The notes below the pieces were generated by a model. That model did not search any database and was not told where the DNA came from. It saw only the letters and a list, made by a program, of their open reading frames with translations. A program made the position numbers and the translations under genes. Source: Phoronis australis (Eukaryota; Animalia; Phoronida). Taken from it: a stretch of DNA of 64,000 nucleotides. Location: positions 199,109 to 263,108 of the forward strand of contig NMRA01000291.1 of assembly GCA_002633005.1 (NCBI GenBank). The letters run 5' to 3'. Position 1 is the stretch's first letter. Each line of letters opens with the position of its first letter. Positions 1-13,703 of the stretch are shown here, piece after piece.

Positions 1-2395
1 CGTTAGGGTTTGAATGATCACCTGGTGGCAGTTCCTCTTTTGTGTTCGAAATATCATTCATACGAAGTCGAAGGAGTGAACACTAAAGTCGTCGATGATG
101 TGTAAATGTGAACGATGGAGAAGAATTTGAAGATTATTTATTACGCAACGGTCATCCCACGCGTTATAAAATGTTTGAATACGATGGCATTTTATTTATA
201 GTTGATAAATTTTTAATGAGATCTATGCTTCTCAAACTGTTTGACGTGTAGCACAAACTACAAAAGAAAAGTGAAGTGTTTTCACAGACAGCGTTAGAAC
301 TTAAACTGAACGAAGCGTATGGTAAATACGCCAAGCTGGCAAAGGGTACATTCCAAAAACCGAGTATATCGATAGAAGTGTTCTGCATGCAAACTCTGTT
401 GACGATGATCACAGCTGAGATGTTGATTTAGGTTGTGTCTAAGGTAGATTACTTTATATAAGAAATATCTTTAATGGAAGTGAAGGGTTTATATTTTGGG
501 CCACAAATGCATAATTTCTTTTGGAACCATTTAAAGTTGTACTTCGCACAACACCCGTAAAATTTATTGAATATCTCTTCAGCAGATTGCTTTCTCGTAC
601 AAACTTACATTAATGTTAGTAGAAAAAAAGTTACCTGGGCTTTCTAGAATTTGATCAGCATCATGTTCCACATACCTCATCCAAATCAGTGTAATTAAAA
701 AAGTACCTCCGACGTCGTGTGCGCTGCTTGACACAGGACACTTTGGGAGAGTGGTGCATTGTGGAAAGTACAGGAAACTGTGCACATTGACACGAAGCAG
801 GGGTAGTCGACAAGACTTATTTTGCACCAAAACATGAAATATGGTGTCCACAGACAATTTAAAATTGCAAATTGTATCTGTGAAAGCATTATGTTTCTGT
901 TCATCGTGAATTGAAACCCATTATCGCTTAGGTAATTATACAAAAAGGTCTCCAGGAGTGTCACTTAATCATTTTCAAGGAAACTTGTTTTCTTCTGCGT
1001 TCTTGCCCATGCAATTTAAATGTTCAGTCCGGTCCCTTGGGTAAAGTCTGCCGTCCGTTAGAGTGACGTAGTCGGACCCCACAGTTTTTCCTGGAGGTCT
1101 ACCGGACTGAAGTAAACCAAACGACAGGCTTGTTTTCCTCGTACGCATTCACATATGTGTAGGGCTTGCAATGTTTACTTTGGCACAGACTTATGAGATT
1201 TGTAACAGCTTTTGAAAATAAAATAATTTCAACGATTGTACAGTTAGTTCATTCTGTCGACCACAGATTGGAGTTAAAACACTCGTGACTATTCTTTTTA
1301 CAGAATGAAGTGCTACATTATAAGGGAATGTGTGATACCGGTGACCCATAACAAAATGAAACCAAACAATGAAAACAGCTGAACGTACACCGTCAGGTGG
1401 CATGAGTGACGATTATTCCACTAATCACAAACCGTGAAAGGGTCAATGAAATGGAACTGATTATAACATGCCAAAAAATAATTACATATGAACCCACTTG
1501 GAATGCGTGGCATTTTCCGAGATTGACAAAAATTGATTGTTTGATTAACTACGGGACTGACGGCTTAATAGGGAGCACGCCCCTGGGAATCGTCTAAAAT
1601 TCAATACAGTAAGTTACAGATTTAAAAGAAGTTCTGCGCCTTAACAACGTGCAGTAAACTCAAAACGCGCGCTGTGTGTTCCTTAAATTATTGCATTGGC
1701 GATTTTGCTAAACTCACATCCGTATTTAAAGATTTTGAACCCTCGTAAAACGTTATCTTCTTAAATAAAGCTCGTTGGACCGGTAAATTCGGTGCAGTGG
1801 CACATTTTTATGCGATTGAAATTATTTAATTAATAAATTTCACAAACAAAAACGTTAAATAAGTATCTTTTACATTTGAGAATACTTTATATAATTTGTG
1901 TATAAATACGTTTTTTGGAATTTTGTTGGTACAGCAACCATGAATCCCAAACTGTTCGGAGTAAGAAATGCAAGCAGACGGTAAAATCAGACAGCGCTAC
2001 AGTTTGAGTTGGCAATTGAGCGCTCTGAAGCATTGCCAAAAGTACAATACATGAAGTGTAACCTTGTAGAGGTGCTGTGGTTACCGAGTGGCATCAGCTT
2101 GATGTTAGAAGTAACGGAAGCGATCTCGCTGTCCTCTAGTTGGATTTACCAGTCTTCGTTAGGTGGTATGCTACTTCAGGTCATGTGACGAATCACGAGT
2201 CAAAGGAGATCGGAGTAGCCCATTCCCTAGGCCATGTAATAAAACGGTGATTTCAACGTAAGTCACCGGACTACATCAGAACAAGCAACAAATAGGCATA
2301 CACACAGATGATCCCAGAAACAGCTCTTAGTTCATATAATGAGATAGCCAAGCCTCAAAACTTTCCTATTCCAAGCAGCCACAAAAATGACTTCG

Positions 2396-2447
2396 GTGTG
2401 TGTTTGTGTGTGTGTGCGTCTTTGTGTGTGCGCGTGCTTGTATGTGT
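2396..2447. repeat. Degenerate (GT)n tract
   Basis: GTGTGTGTTTGTGTGTGTGTGCGTC... Confidence 0.75.
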
Positions 2448-2699
2448 CCTGTTGTCGTGCATTCCGTCATACCTATTTATCATTGTGTGTTATTACCGGC
2501 AAAAACAAATAAAAAAGTGTGTGGAAGATGCGATATCAACGAGACATATAGATTATTACATGGCGAAGTCGTTAACACCCGTTATCCAGAGCCCGAGTGG
2601 ATTTTGGAGAATTATCGCCCGAGGATAAGGTATTTTGTTAAACACGTGAAATATTGTAAAAATGGCCAATTTTTATAAATAAGGTTTGAGATAACCTTA

Positions 2700-2836
2700 A
2701 TACCAGCAAAAACAAATTTTGCTGCTGCAAAGCTGTCGTCATCTCCTGAGAAATGTCGCAAAAATTCAGGAAACCGCGCTTGCGCGTGTCACGAGCGTAC
2801 TATTTTCAAAACGATGACAGACTTTTCTTTGTTACA
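2700..2836 (+). repeat. Dispersed repeat fragment, second copy at about 31777-31912
   Basis: Shared AAGCTGTC(G/A)TCATCTCC...AGGAAAC...CGTGTCACGAGCGTA...CAAAACGA...TTTTCTTTGTTACAA. Confidence 0.65.
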
Positions 2837-2938
2837 AGCAAACGGGTTTGGTGTTTTTTTTAGATATTTATTATCATTTATAAACAAGTACAAAAACAAA
2901 CAAACAAACAAAGAAGTATATCCATTATCTCGTATAAA

Positions 2939-5900
2939 CATAGATTATAGACAACAGATTCGCAACTCCGGCATTTTCTTACGTGCTAGCCAAGAGGCGC
3001 CGCCACACTCCTGACATTTCAGGTACAGTTTCCGGTTAGTGTATTTTGACGAAAAATATTTGCATCTACTTTACTGTCCAAAACAGCGAAAAAAAATTAA
3101 TTTCGGCATTGAAACGCTTTTCAAAGTCTTTCAATGGTAGAAGTGTTGGTATTGTGAGTACTTTTGGCAATGCTACTGGTAATTAATTACAAAATTGAAA
3201 CGTCGGTGTCGACTGATTATGTCGTCTGCTTGCCCAATAGCAGCATAGTTATCGGACAGTTTTTGATTGATTTATGGTTCACATAGGCCTACTGAGAAAA
3301 CTACGAACGTATGTTTGTGCACAAGTTCCAAGGAGTACCTGTGAGAGCAAAAGATACTTATATAACGTTTTTGGTTTAGAAAAATATTAATTTTGTTCGA
3401 ATTAAAAATGCGCCTCTGCAACGATCGACTAGTTTAACCTTTGCATGTTTATAAATCAACATTCTCAAGTGAGCAGTTCTTCTGGGAAGTGTTGAGTGGC
3501 CCTTAAAAGGGCCGTTGGTTGCACTGTGCATCAGCCTTAGGTATAGCGTGAAATGGTTCTTAAAAGAACTGTTGAATAATTCAACATAGATCACACAGTA
3601 TACCGTGCTCACTCAAGTACTGAAGGTCCTCTTCATTCAGGTTTTCATCAGGGAAGTCTGGATGAAAACAGAGGAGATTACAATATCGATGGCAGTTGTA
3701 ACACCTTATATAAATGTTACCGCTCTCCAACGTTATCACGAACCCTCTTTCAGTTCTTGTTCCTGGATTCAGAAGTAACCCTGAACCGTAGGGAAAAAAT
3801 ACATACAACAAAAACGAATCAAATTTTGAAAATCATCGCCTTCGTACGATTTCGTGTTGCTGTCGCCAGACTGATGTTCCTCCCCAACATCAATGTCGAA
3901 AATCGACGTTACAAGTGATGGAAACTTGTGTCCCTTGTTTCTAACTTTTAACCCATTTTTTAAAAAAGGGGTGTACTGATTTTGTCTAATGTTGATAGAG
4001 CATAACTTTTGGTTTTTACTATGCATTAATTGTGTTGAATGCATTTATATTAAGTGGCTTCATTGAGTTGAACAGAAAATAAATTAAATGTAACACAATA
4101 AAGTTTTGAAAGTAAATAGAGCAGTAACAGGACTCCCTAAGAATCGAGCTGTTTTCGAAAACTTTGCGCTATTGGTGATCTGATTGGTTCATGCATTTAT
4201 GGCGGGAAAATAATAGACCAAGTATCTTGCACTTGTCCACTGCAGCAACACTTTGTATCTTACTCTTATTTGGCCAATCTGTTGATACAGTAAATTTCCT
4301 TATTGATGTCCATCTTGATTTGACTGCAACTTGAGCTTGTTGGGTTCTATCATATATTGGGATGGCATTGGGACCCACATGGTGCTTACTCGAATGGGCT
4401 TCATTTTACCAAGTGTTTCAAATTGAGGTGAAGTAAATAAACAAAGTGGGTGAATATCATCACCAGAATTTCATCATTAGTATCTTTTGTCGGATGCTCA
4501 AATTTTCTGAGACTAGGGATTGTCAGATTTGTAAGGTAGAAGAGTTTCGCTGGATTTCCAGGTCTGTGGCGTTATTTATACCGGACCAAAATTAAAAAAA
4601 ACAGACCTTTGTTTAAATCAGGAGCTGCATGATACACGTTTTACCAGACGTGCGCAGGCAGCGCATGTGGGCCCATTGCACTGATCACTTGGAACCATTT
4701 TTATGGTTTTTAGTTAAACCAAGCTGACGAGCTTGAAACCTGATTCACGGCAATTTTTGGCAGTGGGATTTTCTGAAAAATGCTAGTACGTTGACAACAA
4801 AGTTTGATAGCAATGCACTGAAGTTTTGTAGAAACTCTGTCATAGGTTGCAGATGCGTCACAAAGCGTAAATTTGATGAATTCTAGCTTACGATTTTACC
4901 TGTTTCAGAGACCGTGTTTCAACCACTTTTGACCTATAATATGCGCCCCCTTCCTGAAGCGGATTTTTCTAATCGCCCTGGCCGCTTATTAGGGCGAATA
5001 CGGTAATATTTCAGGAGGGCAATACTTAGTATCCTGTATGCACGGGACCCTTTTGTTACATTAGGAGTGGGATTGGTTCATTATGTATCCTACAGGTGGC
5101 ATAGGATTTTACAAAACTGGTTGAAGAATTTTGTTTTCGTTTGGAAATGATAGGACTTAAGGCGGAAATTTCAAAACCATTTGTCCGCTTACAAAAATTT
5201 AACATTGAAGAATATAAACAACCTTCACACCCCTCTGGTGCAATTTCCTGTTCCATGTTTTCAAAGAAGTTGGTTGAATTTTCATAGACTGCAGTTGAGA
5301 GATTTTGTGCGGCATATATTCCACACGATGAATGTGTAACCTGCTGTTGAATTGCGAGGTAGATTTTGACTGGTCCAGGTGGTTATTTCTGAAGTATTAA
5401 TGTAATCTTTAATTTTATTTATGTTAAAGGTTTCACCAGCGTTCTATTTATTTGTACACGAATGTGAATTTGTTGAAATCGCTGATCCAAATCCTGGCCA
5501 AATGTGCGCGTCCTGCTGAGACCAACCTTCTGATCAGGGGCAGCGAAGAGTAATTTGGTTAAAGGAGCATGCCACCCAAAAAACAACCTAATTTGTATCA
5601 ATTTAGATCGAGTAGTTCTACTCCATAACCACACGTACGGTTGCGTTACCTGACACCTGACGGCAGACGGAGGTGTTGAAATTATCCAACGACGTCATCG
5701 GTTTCACACGCAGTCTGTTCAGCAGTTCACAACACGGGTTACTGGTGTCAGCTTATCGCTTGAAGTCATCGTTTAACACTAATAAATCATCAAATTTCGA
5801 TATAAAACCCTTGAAAATACACCGAGTTCTTATAAAAACGTGTTGTTTTATTTCGCTCTTACGGAAACATTGGTACTTGGAAACACCGTAGCTTACAAAG

Positions 5901-7688
5901 TTCGACAGGCCAATAAGGTCCGTAGCAGGAGTTTGGGGTCTGTTCGGAGATAATTTCGAAGTATTTTCCGTAAGATACACACAGGAGAGCTTAGATCTGT
6001 GTTGTTTAGACTAGTGATTTTTTGAGTTCTAAACACAAAACGCTTGTTCAGTATCCCGGCCAGTGGCTCGGAAACTGATCAGACATCACGAAAATAAACC
6101 AGCCAAAGTTCAGTGGAAACTAAACTTCCAGTCAAGAAAATACTATACTAGTGAGCCAAAGTAATGCGCACGTGATTATAATGGTGAATTAGCCACGAAA
6201 CTGCAAATCTACTTACTCTTCGGGGGCCGCGAATTCAGGTTCCGCTTTGGCCACAGCACCGTCAGGGCAGAAGTTGTACATTGACAATCATTATTTGAGT
6301 AATGTAAATGTAAATAAAGATTCCCCTAACACCTGGCCGTGGGATGGAAATCGAGTTATTTCACAACAGTTTCTGCCAGCAAACACTAAATTAGCATGTC
6401 CCGTCAATTAGTTTTATTGCACCTAAAGCCGGTAACGCAGTGATTTATTCATTGCTGGCTTCTCAAATCATTTGCACTCACGAACACTCCAAAGGCATTA
6501 CAAATTGTATCTAATGAGACAGACTTTGTTTCAGTTTTATGTAAGCATTGGTTAGGGTGAAAATAATTCATTTTGAAACAGAACGCTCAGTAATAAACGC
6601 CAACATGGCAGCTTGCAATCCCGACTTAGGACGAGCTAGCTAGCTCATCAGTCCCGACTTCGCAGGTGGATCGTTAAGTTTTACAGGCTATCAGTTCGAA
6701 CAGGAATACAGTGATGAAGAAATACTAGAGAGGCGCCGTGTGAACAAGCTCAGACAACGGAACGTATGGAGTTATTTGGTAAGGTGGCATTAGTTCGTCA
6801 GGCACTATCGACGTCTGCAGGCCACAGACACGGAGATGTTTCACGGCCTCAGCGTACATTTCATTCTTCACTACCATGAGCCACTTCCTAAGCATTTCGT
6901 ACTCTCGAGGAAGTAAAAAAACGAAATATCCGCTTTCCTCGCAGGTGCTTAGTTCGGACCATCGGGAACGATGCACCGCAACATAGCGGCATTCACTCTA
7001 CATATGAACCACTGACGTCGCTAGCGTCGTTTCTCAGCGTCCTCACAGATTAACGCGACATCTCTTGGCAAGGTAAGGTTGACCGTATGCGAGGCGATGT
7101 AGATATAGACCGATTATGACGGCAAAAAAGACTACTTAAATCGGGTGGCATTCTCCTTTAATTCGCTCACTAGACTATGGCTGAAGTTCCTCGTAAGGAC
7201 AGGAGTTCATGAGTCACTACCTTTGGAAGAAATTTAGCGGACAATTTTCGTCAAAAAGTTTACCAGATAGTTTTCATCAAAACGGAGAAAACAAAAATGG
7301 ATTTGTGAAGTCAGGATTAAGTAGTAGGCCTACCAGTCTCTTAAAAACGTTCATCTTCAAAGGGCGTTTCAGAACAAATGTATGAAGTCTTATTGCTGAA
7401 ACAACTGCCATTCACGTTGACACAAGAAGTAAGGTTTTCTTCCCACAGACGATTATGGGGTCTTCGGATGGTATGGAAGCTAATTCCTTTGCATTTCTCC
7501 TGTGTGGCCAAACAACCGGCCACACAAAAGCCGACCATGATTAGCAGACGACGTACTTGCCGGAAATTGCACCAGAAAATTTAGCCAGGTGTCGCCAGTG
7601 AACAATGACGTAAGGGCTTGTGCGTAAGATGACAGATTTCGTCCATTGAAAGTATACGTAGTTTGCGGTCCATGTACTATAGTCTATG
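2939..7688 (-). mobile_element. Decayed THAP-domain DNA transposon (P-element-like), copy 1, interrupted by a Kolobok insertion
   Basis: Imperfect TIRs CATAGA(T/C)TATAG... at 2939 and ...CTATAGTCTATG at 7688; THAP remnant MVGFCVAGC...GISFH...LW...YICSE..FED at 7538-7341; Cys-rich remnant at 3811-3581; second copy at 17940-21004; no clean TSD. Confidence 0.7.
5563..7157. mobile_element. Non-autonomous Kolobok-type DNA transposon (1595 bp)
   Basis: TTAA target duplication (5559-5562, 7158-7161); TIR AGGAGCATGCCACCC / GGGTGGCATTCTCCT; empty site GGTTAATTCG at 20486-20495; broken THAP on minus strand (MLRCIVP..., FLLPRE..LRKWL...LRVCGL) and a GYQFEQEYSDEE remnant on plus strand. Confidence 0.85.
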
Positions 7689-7935
7689 GTTTCATTGACT
7701 ATATCTGTAGATGAAAACAAAGGGTAGACATTATTTTGTTGTCCTGAGAATGGAAACATACGATTGGGGAAATTTTGTATCCTACCTGGTTTGTGTTAAT
7801 GATCGTGTAACTTTGTCACAAACGAGCTGTGGCAAACGTCACCCTTTAATGACTGTCGATCATATTGTTTAGTAGGTGACTTTTTAATTTCACATTGAAA
7901 ACAAAATACGGCAAATGTTCATTAGCTTTGCACTA

Positions 7936-8130
7936 GGGAAGCACCCTTATCCCACTGACCCCTGGGAAGCACACTACTCCCACTGACCCCTGGGAAGCAC
8001 CTTAATCCCACTGACCCCTAGGAAGCACCCTAATCTCACTGACCCCTAGGACGCACCCTAATCCCACTGACCCCTAGGAAGCACCCCAATCCCATTGATC
8101 CCTAGGAAACACCCTAATCTCATTGACACC
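7936..8130 (+). repeat. Minisatellite, 7 x 28 bp (consensus RGGAAGCACCCTAATCCCACTGACCCCT)
   Basis: Units start at about 7936, 7964, 7992, 8020, 8048, 8076, 8104. Confidence 0.92.
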
Positions 8131-8399
8131 ACGTGAATTTGCCTACAGGATGAAAGCACTTGAGCAATATTAGTTCAATTTTGTTCCTGCGTTTTCTGAG
8201 CTTTTCAGGGCTTGGAATTCTCTTCTTTTAAGAGGATTTCTTCTTTTTTGGTTTCGATTTCCTCTTATTTGATTTCCAATTTCCTCTTTTTGTCTCTTTT
8301 GTATCATTATTTTGACTTTATTCGTTCAAAAACGTTTATTTCAGTTAACAGTACAGTTCACGCTGAACTTAAGCTCCCGTGTTTTTCATGATTTCTGTC

Positions 8400-11290
8400 A
8401 AAAATTAGTCGTGTCTGCAGTGAAGTGTACATTGCAAGAGACGGTGATCATCTTAGACTAATTGAATCGTAATAATTGAATCATAAGTGTGTGTTGAATA
8501 ATGCAGTAAAGTGACTATTTGAACTGCAAACCCGACGTACTGTAACAACTAGTTAACATGCGTGCAAAATCTCTTACGTAACGATGCAAAGAGGTGCGGC
8601 CAGGGCAACAAGAAAGGAACTTCCGCGGGTATCAGACCAGTGACAAGGGATATAACGTCATACATGTCAAGAGACGAACAGATCCCATACATCACAAACC
8701 GTGAACTTTAAAGCTTATGAATGATAAATTAGAAAGTATGTGAAACGACTTCTTTTAACCAACTGGAGGGTCTACGAAGCGACTTTGAGACAATGAGATA
8801 AGAAAATGTCCACTTGCGAAATGAAATCGTACACCTAAGCAGCAAAGTTGACGATCTTGAAAATAGATCAGGGCGTGATCTTCCATGGTCTGTGTGAACA
8901 ACCACATGAAACATGAGAAGTATCCGAGAAGCTAGTAGAAAGCCTCATAAGAGAGAAGGATGATATCTGCATCGAAAGAGCTCACAGATTCTCTGGTCGC
9001 CAAACAGAGCAATACAAGACCAATAATAGCCAAACTTAACTCGAAAACCAAATAAAAAGTTCTGAAGAAACGAAAGGAGATTACCGAGCCAGGACAATAC
9101 ATCACAGAAGATTTCTCCACCAAAGTCAGACAAGCTCGCAGGAAACACTATGCATTTTCACGGGAAAAATTTGGATAACGCCAAAATGTCTTACAATAAA
9201 CTGTTATGGAACAGAAAGGTCTTCATTTTCGATGAAGGAAAAGACAAGACAGAGAAGTAATGAAACCACCGGCGATTAGCAGTTAGGCCATGGTTCACAG
9301 ATGATGTAGACTTCTATCTCGTTTTTGTGCTGGAATCTTGAAGGTCCGAAAAGTATGCTGCAGACAAACAACGGTGTTCTTCCAAAGGAAATTGGTATTC
9401 ACCACATGATAGGTTTTGTTAAAACTTTTCGAAAGTATGAAAATGAATACAAAGGGTTTTCCCGGGATATTTAGTTTTGCAATAGACGTAGAGGTTGTGC
9501 ATTGAAAGCATCGGGAGGTGTTTGTGTTTTAATAGAATGGCTAAAATATGCAAAATTATAGTCAACGATAAGGACGAGATGATTTGGTTAAGATTAGATT
9601 TGGAAAAGTTCGGTTATAAACAAAATTTATTGGTTTGCAGCTTATAATGCCCACCAGAAGGTTTTAGTTTTTATGCGGACCGAGATCACTCGTCTTATAC
9701 TGAAAATGTAGAAAATGTCTTATTTTAAGCCAGAGAATTGTATCCGAATGACAGTGTATTGATTGTGGGTGACATGAATGCTCGCACTGGTGAGCTACCA
9801 CATCAGCTGGAAGAATAACCTAGTGGTAATAACAAGAACATAGATTTGTATTATCAAGAACAAGATAAACTAGTTATTGGTGGTAAAAAAACAAAATAGG
9901 TATCCTAAAGTTAACAATTTTGGTAAGGACTTGGTGAATATGTGAATTGTCAATAACCTTGTGATATCAAACGGGAGAAAAGTTCCGGATGCTGCGGGTG
10001 AATATACGTATCTAACGAATAATGGCAAAAGCACAAAGTTAGAAGACAAAGGGATCTTCTACGAAGTAACATGTCTAAATCGTGGAAAACATTTTCCAAT
10101 ACGGTGTGAATTTAAATTAAATGGTTACATCATTGAATTTACGAACAACCTCCTAAATATTTCTGGATAGGTCACAAAAAGCAGAATTTATAACATATGT
10201 TACAAGTGACTACTTTGAGTCACGAGTTAACCACTTAACAATCAAAAAAGAAAACGACGTAGACCTGGCTATAACGGAATTTGAACGGTTATTCAGTGAT
10301 GTTGCGGTAAATCCATCTATGGTAAAAAAGATGAATGAAAATGTAAAAGAGCTAAACACATGGTTTGACACTGAATTAAAAACAATCAAAGAAAAGAGAA
10401 ATGGTCTTCTTAAACTTTTTCGTCGTTCTAGAAATGATGATATACTAAGCGAATATCTTTGCATTAAAAGAGTTTTTAAACTCTTAAAAGAGGTATGCAA
10501 ACTGAAGAAAAGTAATAAGAATAAAGAAACGCATAATTTAATTTTAAAGGCGTGTGAGTCGAATGATGCCAGAACGTTTTGGCACTTAATAAAAACTCAG
10601 TCTAGAAAGACCTCTGTAAACAAAAACATTACTGGCAGACAATGGGTAGAACATTTCAGCTCTATTTTAAATATAGACCAATTAGTGTCGAACACGCTCA
10701 GCAAACCAGTGCGGATTTGACAATAACATTGCAATGAATGAAGACATCCTTAGAGAAGAAGAAATTGTAGCAATTAATAGTATGTAAAATGGAAAATCCC
10801 CTTTGGAGGAAGGAATTCTGGTTGAATTTTTTAAGTTTTCAATTGATAAAATTAAGAAATTGCTTTGTAATTTATTAAATAACATCTTGCAGACCGGGGA
10901 ATTCCCAGAAAAGTGGGCTACTGGTATAACACTACCATTATTCAAAAAGATGATGCATCTGATCCAACTAATATAAGGGCATTGCGTTGTCAGTAAAGTC
11001 TTTACTTCAGTTCTAAATAAACGGTTGACTTCATGGTTTGACGAAAATGATTTTCTTGCTGAAGAACGAGCCGGGTTCAGAAAATACCACTCAACCGTCG
11101 ATAACATTTTTCTTGCCAACGGCTTGATACAAAAATAGTTGTTGAAAAGTAAATTCAAACCATTTTATTGTACAATTATTGACTTCAGTAAAGCTTTCGA
11201 TTCTATAAATAGGGACCATTTTTTACATCTTAATACCGAAAGACGTCGTAGGTTCTACTTTTTAAAGTTTTACAAGATATGTATTCAAAT
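8400..11290 (+). mobile_element. Decayed non-LTR retrotransposon (LINE): ORF1, APE endonuclease and 5' part of reverse transcriptase
   Basis: ORF1 remnants (coiled coil, KVDDLENRS, IERAHRF, RPIIAKL, YITEDFS); APE remnants (CWNLEG, SGGVCVLI, IVGDMNARTG, NNFGK, NGR..GEYTY); WFD linker; RT remnants (FPEKWATG, AGFRKYHSTVDNIF, IIDFSKAFDSINR); many stops and frameshifts; truncated at about 11290. Confidence 0.88.
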
Positions 11291-11655
11291 GGTAACTATA
11301 ATATCAAATATTGTTGTTATTTAACTATTTTCAGGAAATGTTACAAGTCAATGCACAGTACGGTTGTTTTCATCTTTGTTATCTCTTTTCAAGTAATAAA
11401 TCGTTACCTATAAAACTGTTAATTTTCTTTTACTAGAGAAAACTTGAAACCTAAAGAGCAAAGTACATACATACATTGGATGCGATCCGGCACGTGAACT
11501 GTCTGGGTTAAGTATCTAAAAAAAATCTGCCGAAAAAAAGAAAGAAACGTGAGAATTCGACGCGTATGTGATAAATATAAAACGTAGGACCTCGATTGAC
11601 GTAAAGTAATATATTACTTCATCTACGCCACTCTCGGTACGTTTTGTGTATTTAT
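11288..11655 (+). mobile_element. Dispersed repeat family A, partial copy (3' half)
   Basis: Shares ATATTGTTGTTATTTAACTATTTTCAGG...GGTACGTTTTGTGTA with the copies at 26477, 34680, 45022. Confidence 0.8.
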
Positions 11656-12984
11656 TCTACTAAATAGGCTTGATATCCCTAATTCAGTATAGCAGCAGTG
11701 TAGAGACAGGAGTATCTTGTTTACCTGAGCCATCCTTTCCTGTCATTTCTGCGCAAACTGGATACATACAAGATTGGATTGTAAAGGTTAGAATTTGACA
11801 GTTTTTAAATTAGAAGACAAAGTCGTGCTTCAAATCCAGCCTGTCCCTCCTTTATCTGAGACTCTGGTGCTCATAGAGTAAAAATATACATTCACTGTTA
11901 GTAAACCGAATGTGTCACAGCTGTGCTTGATGCTTTTCCATGAATGAGATGATAACTTTTTGGGTTAAAAAGACATTTTTACACTTCCCTGGCATTATAT
12001 CGATATCCTACTTACTTTGATTACTTTAGGTGTTCTCAACATGGCATGCTGATAATGGTATCTGTTGAGTGTGACGGCATGACATTTTAGACTCAGTGAA
12101 ATATAGTTAAAATGCGAAAATCAAAAACGATAACTATAATTAGTACTGATTTACTAAGCACTGTAAATTACTAAGCACTTCGAAAATTATTTGTCTTTGA
12201 GCCTTGTCAATCTCAATGCTTCTCAATCTCAACTCCTTGGGCACACAATAGGTGCAACCAGTGTAGGAGCACACCAATTAACTCAAACACATAATTTTGT
12301 CAAAAATGTCATGCTTGTTGTTCTTGTGGCTACCTGAATCAAAAAACCAAGACCTGCAACATTTTTGAAAATGTTATGTAGCTGTGCATTCTGTTCCCAT
12401 TTGTTGGTCCAAATCAATACATATCTGCTACATTATCACTAAACGTGCGAACTATGAGTCTGTGGATACCAAAATTGTTGTCCTTAGAGTACCTGTAGTG
12501 ATTGCATCATGCGAAACAGTATATTTTTGTGTCCCCGAGTCGTTTGTTGCTTCTTCCTGAATGGAATCTCGTGTGTACAGAGGAAGATTTCGGTATCCCT
12601 GTCCAATTCTAAATAAGCATGGTTGACCTTCACAGGTTGCTTGTCTCATGGTGATGGCTCGACATCATCCGGGTTAATTGCGAATGTTCTAATTAGATGT
12701 CGATTAACCCATAAGTCTGTAAGTAACGCGAAGGCCAATGTGTGAGTGTGAGTGTGCTTGTGTTAGGAACAACTTGCGTTATAACGTAGCACCTATCAGT
12801 AGTATGTACATTTATAACAAAGGAACATCGTGCCCTGTGATCTCTGTCCAACACTGAATCTCAGTGTTTTGATTGGAGGAACCTCACTGGATAACCTCTT
12901 GTCTAGATAAATTCTTGTGGTGAAGACTTCAAATAATCGTAGTTAGTCACCACCTTGAAAGCATTTTTTCTTGAAAGGTTTTAA

Positions 12985-12992
12985 TGACGTCA
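12985..12992. promoter_or_regulatory. Perfect palindromic CRE (TGACGTCA) upstream of the insulin-like gene
   Basis: Exact 8-mer about 710 nt upstream of ATG 13704; CREs are common in neuropeptide promoters, but an 8-mer can occur by chance. Confidence 0.3.
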
Positions 12993-13229
12993 CGACAGCC
13001 ACCAAACAGCGCGCAGAATGTATATCTCTTCACCAAACCTAAGCAACCGATCAGTGCCGTCTTAAAGCTTAGGCACGAGGCTGGTCGCCTAAGGCCATGA
13101 GCTTACTCTCGAAACACTACCCTTTCTCTCGCGTCATTTTGCGTTGTCTCGCGACCTCTCTTACGTTGCAAGAAACTCCCGCAACAGAACGCACCCATTG
13201 AATACTCAATGAGACATCTCGTTAGTATA

Positions 13230-13631
13230 AGTGCCGTTTACACTACAAAAGTTGACACGGATCAGCTGACACGGAACGAGTTGTTCCAGCGCAAGTATGT
13301 GTGTAAACGGGACTGAACTGGAGCAAATTGACACCGCGGTGACAACTTTTGCCACCCGTTTGTGAGGTAGAACAATTTGCGCTAGAACATCTTGCTCCGT
13401 GTCAATTATAGAAAGGATCCTATCTACTGCGCGTGTGTAATGACCTAAATACAGGTTCTCTGTCTCTTCAACTCCCGCCAATTGTAAACCTGCTCATGTG
13501 TGATCCACTCTCCAGCCTACAATTTCCGTCTTGCCACAGTTAGTGAGTTGTGTGTGTAAACGGACACTTGACACCGATCAGTTTGCTCCGTGTCAGTTAC
13601 GCCGCCCAAAAGTTGATGTGTAAACGGGACT
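13230..13631. mobile_element. MITE (PIF/Harbinger-like) just upstream of the insulin-like ATG
   Basis: TIR AGTGCCGTTTACAC / GTGTAAACGGGACT with internal repeats of TGACACGG and GTGTAAACGG; flanks ATA/TTA (imperfect TWA TSD). Confidence 0.7.
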
Positions 13632-13703
13632 TTAGACCCTAACTTATTTCACTAGCGAGTTCCCCTTTCAGTTCTGTATAATTGGCATTACGTAATCTTA
13701 TAG

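Noticed and set aside
1-1600. Short ORFs and a small inverted repeat (TTCAGTCCGGT/ACCGGACTGAA, 1023-1111) at the window start
   Set aside because: No recognisable domain or consistent splice structure; probably old transposon debris
3769-4044. Duplicated 91-92 aa ORFs (also 18670-18948) suggesting a gene pair
   Set aside because: Both lie inside the two copies of the decayed transposon; no gene structure or recognisable domain
7936-8130. 28-bp repeats that superficially resemble a CRISPR array
   Set aside because: Units are directly tandem with no unique spacers, there are no cas genes, and the context is eukaryotic; it is a minisatellite
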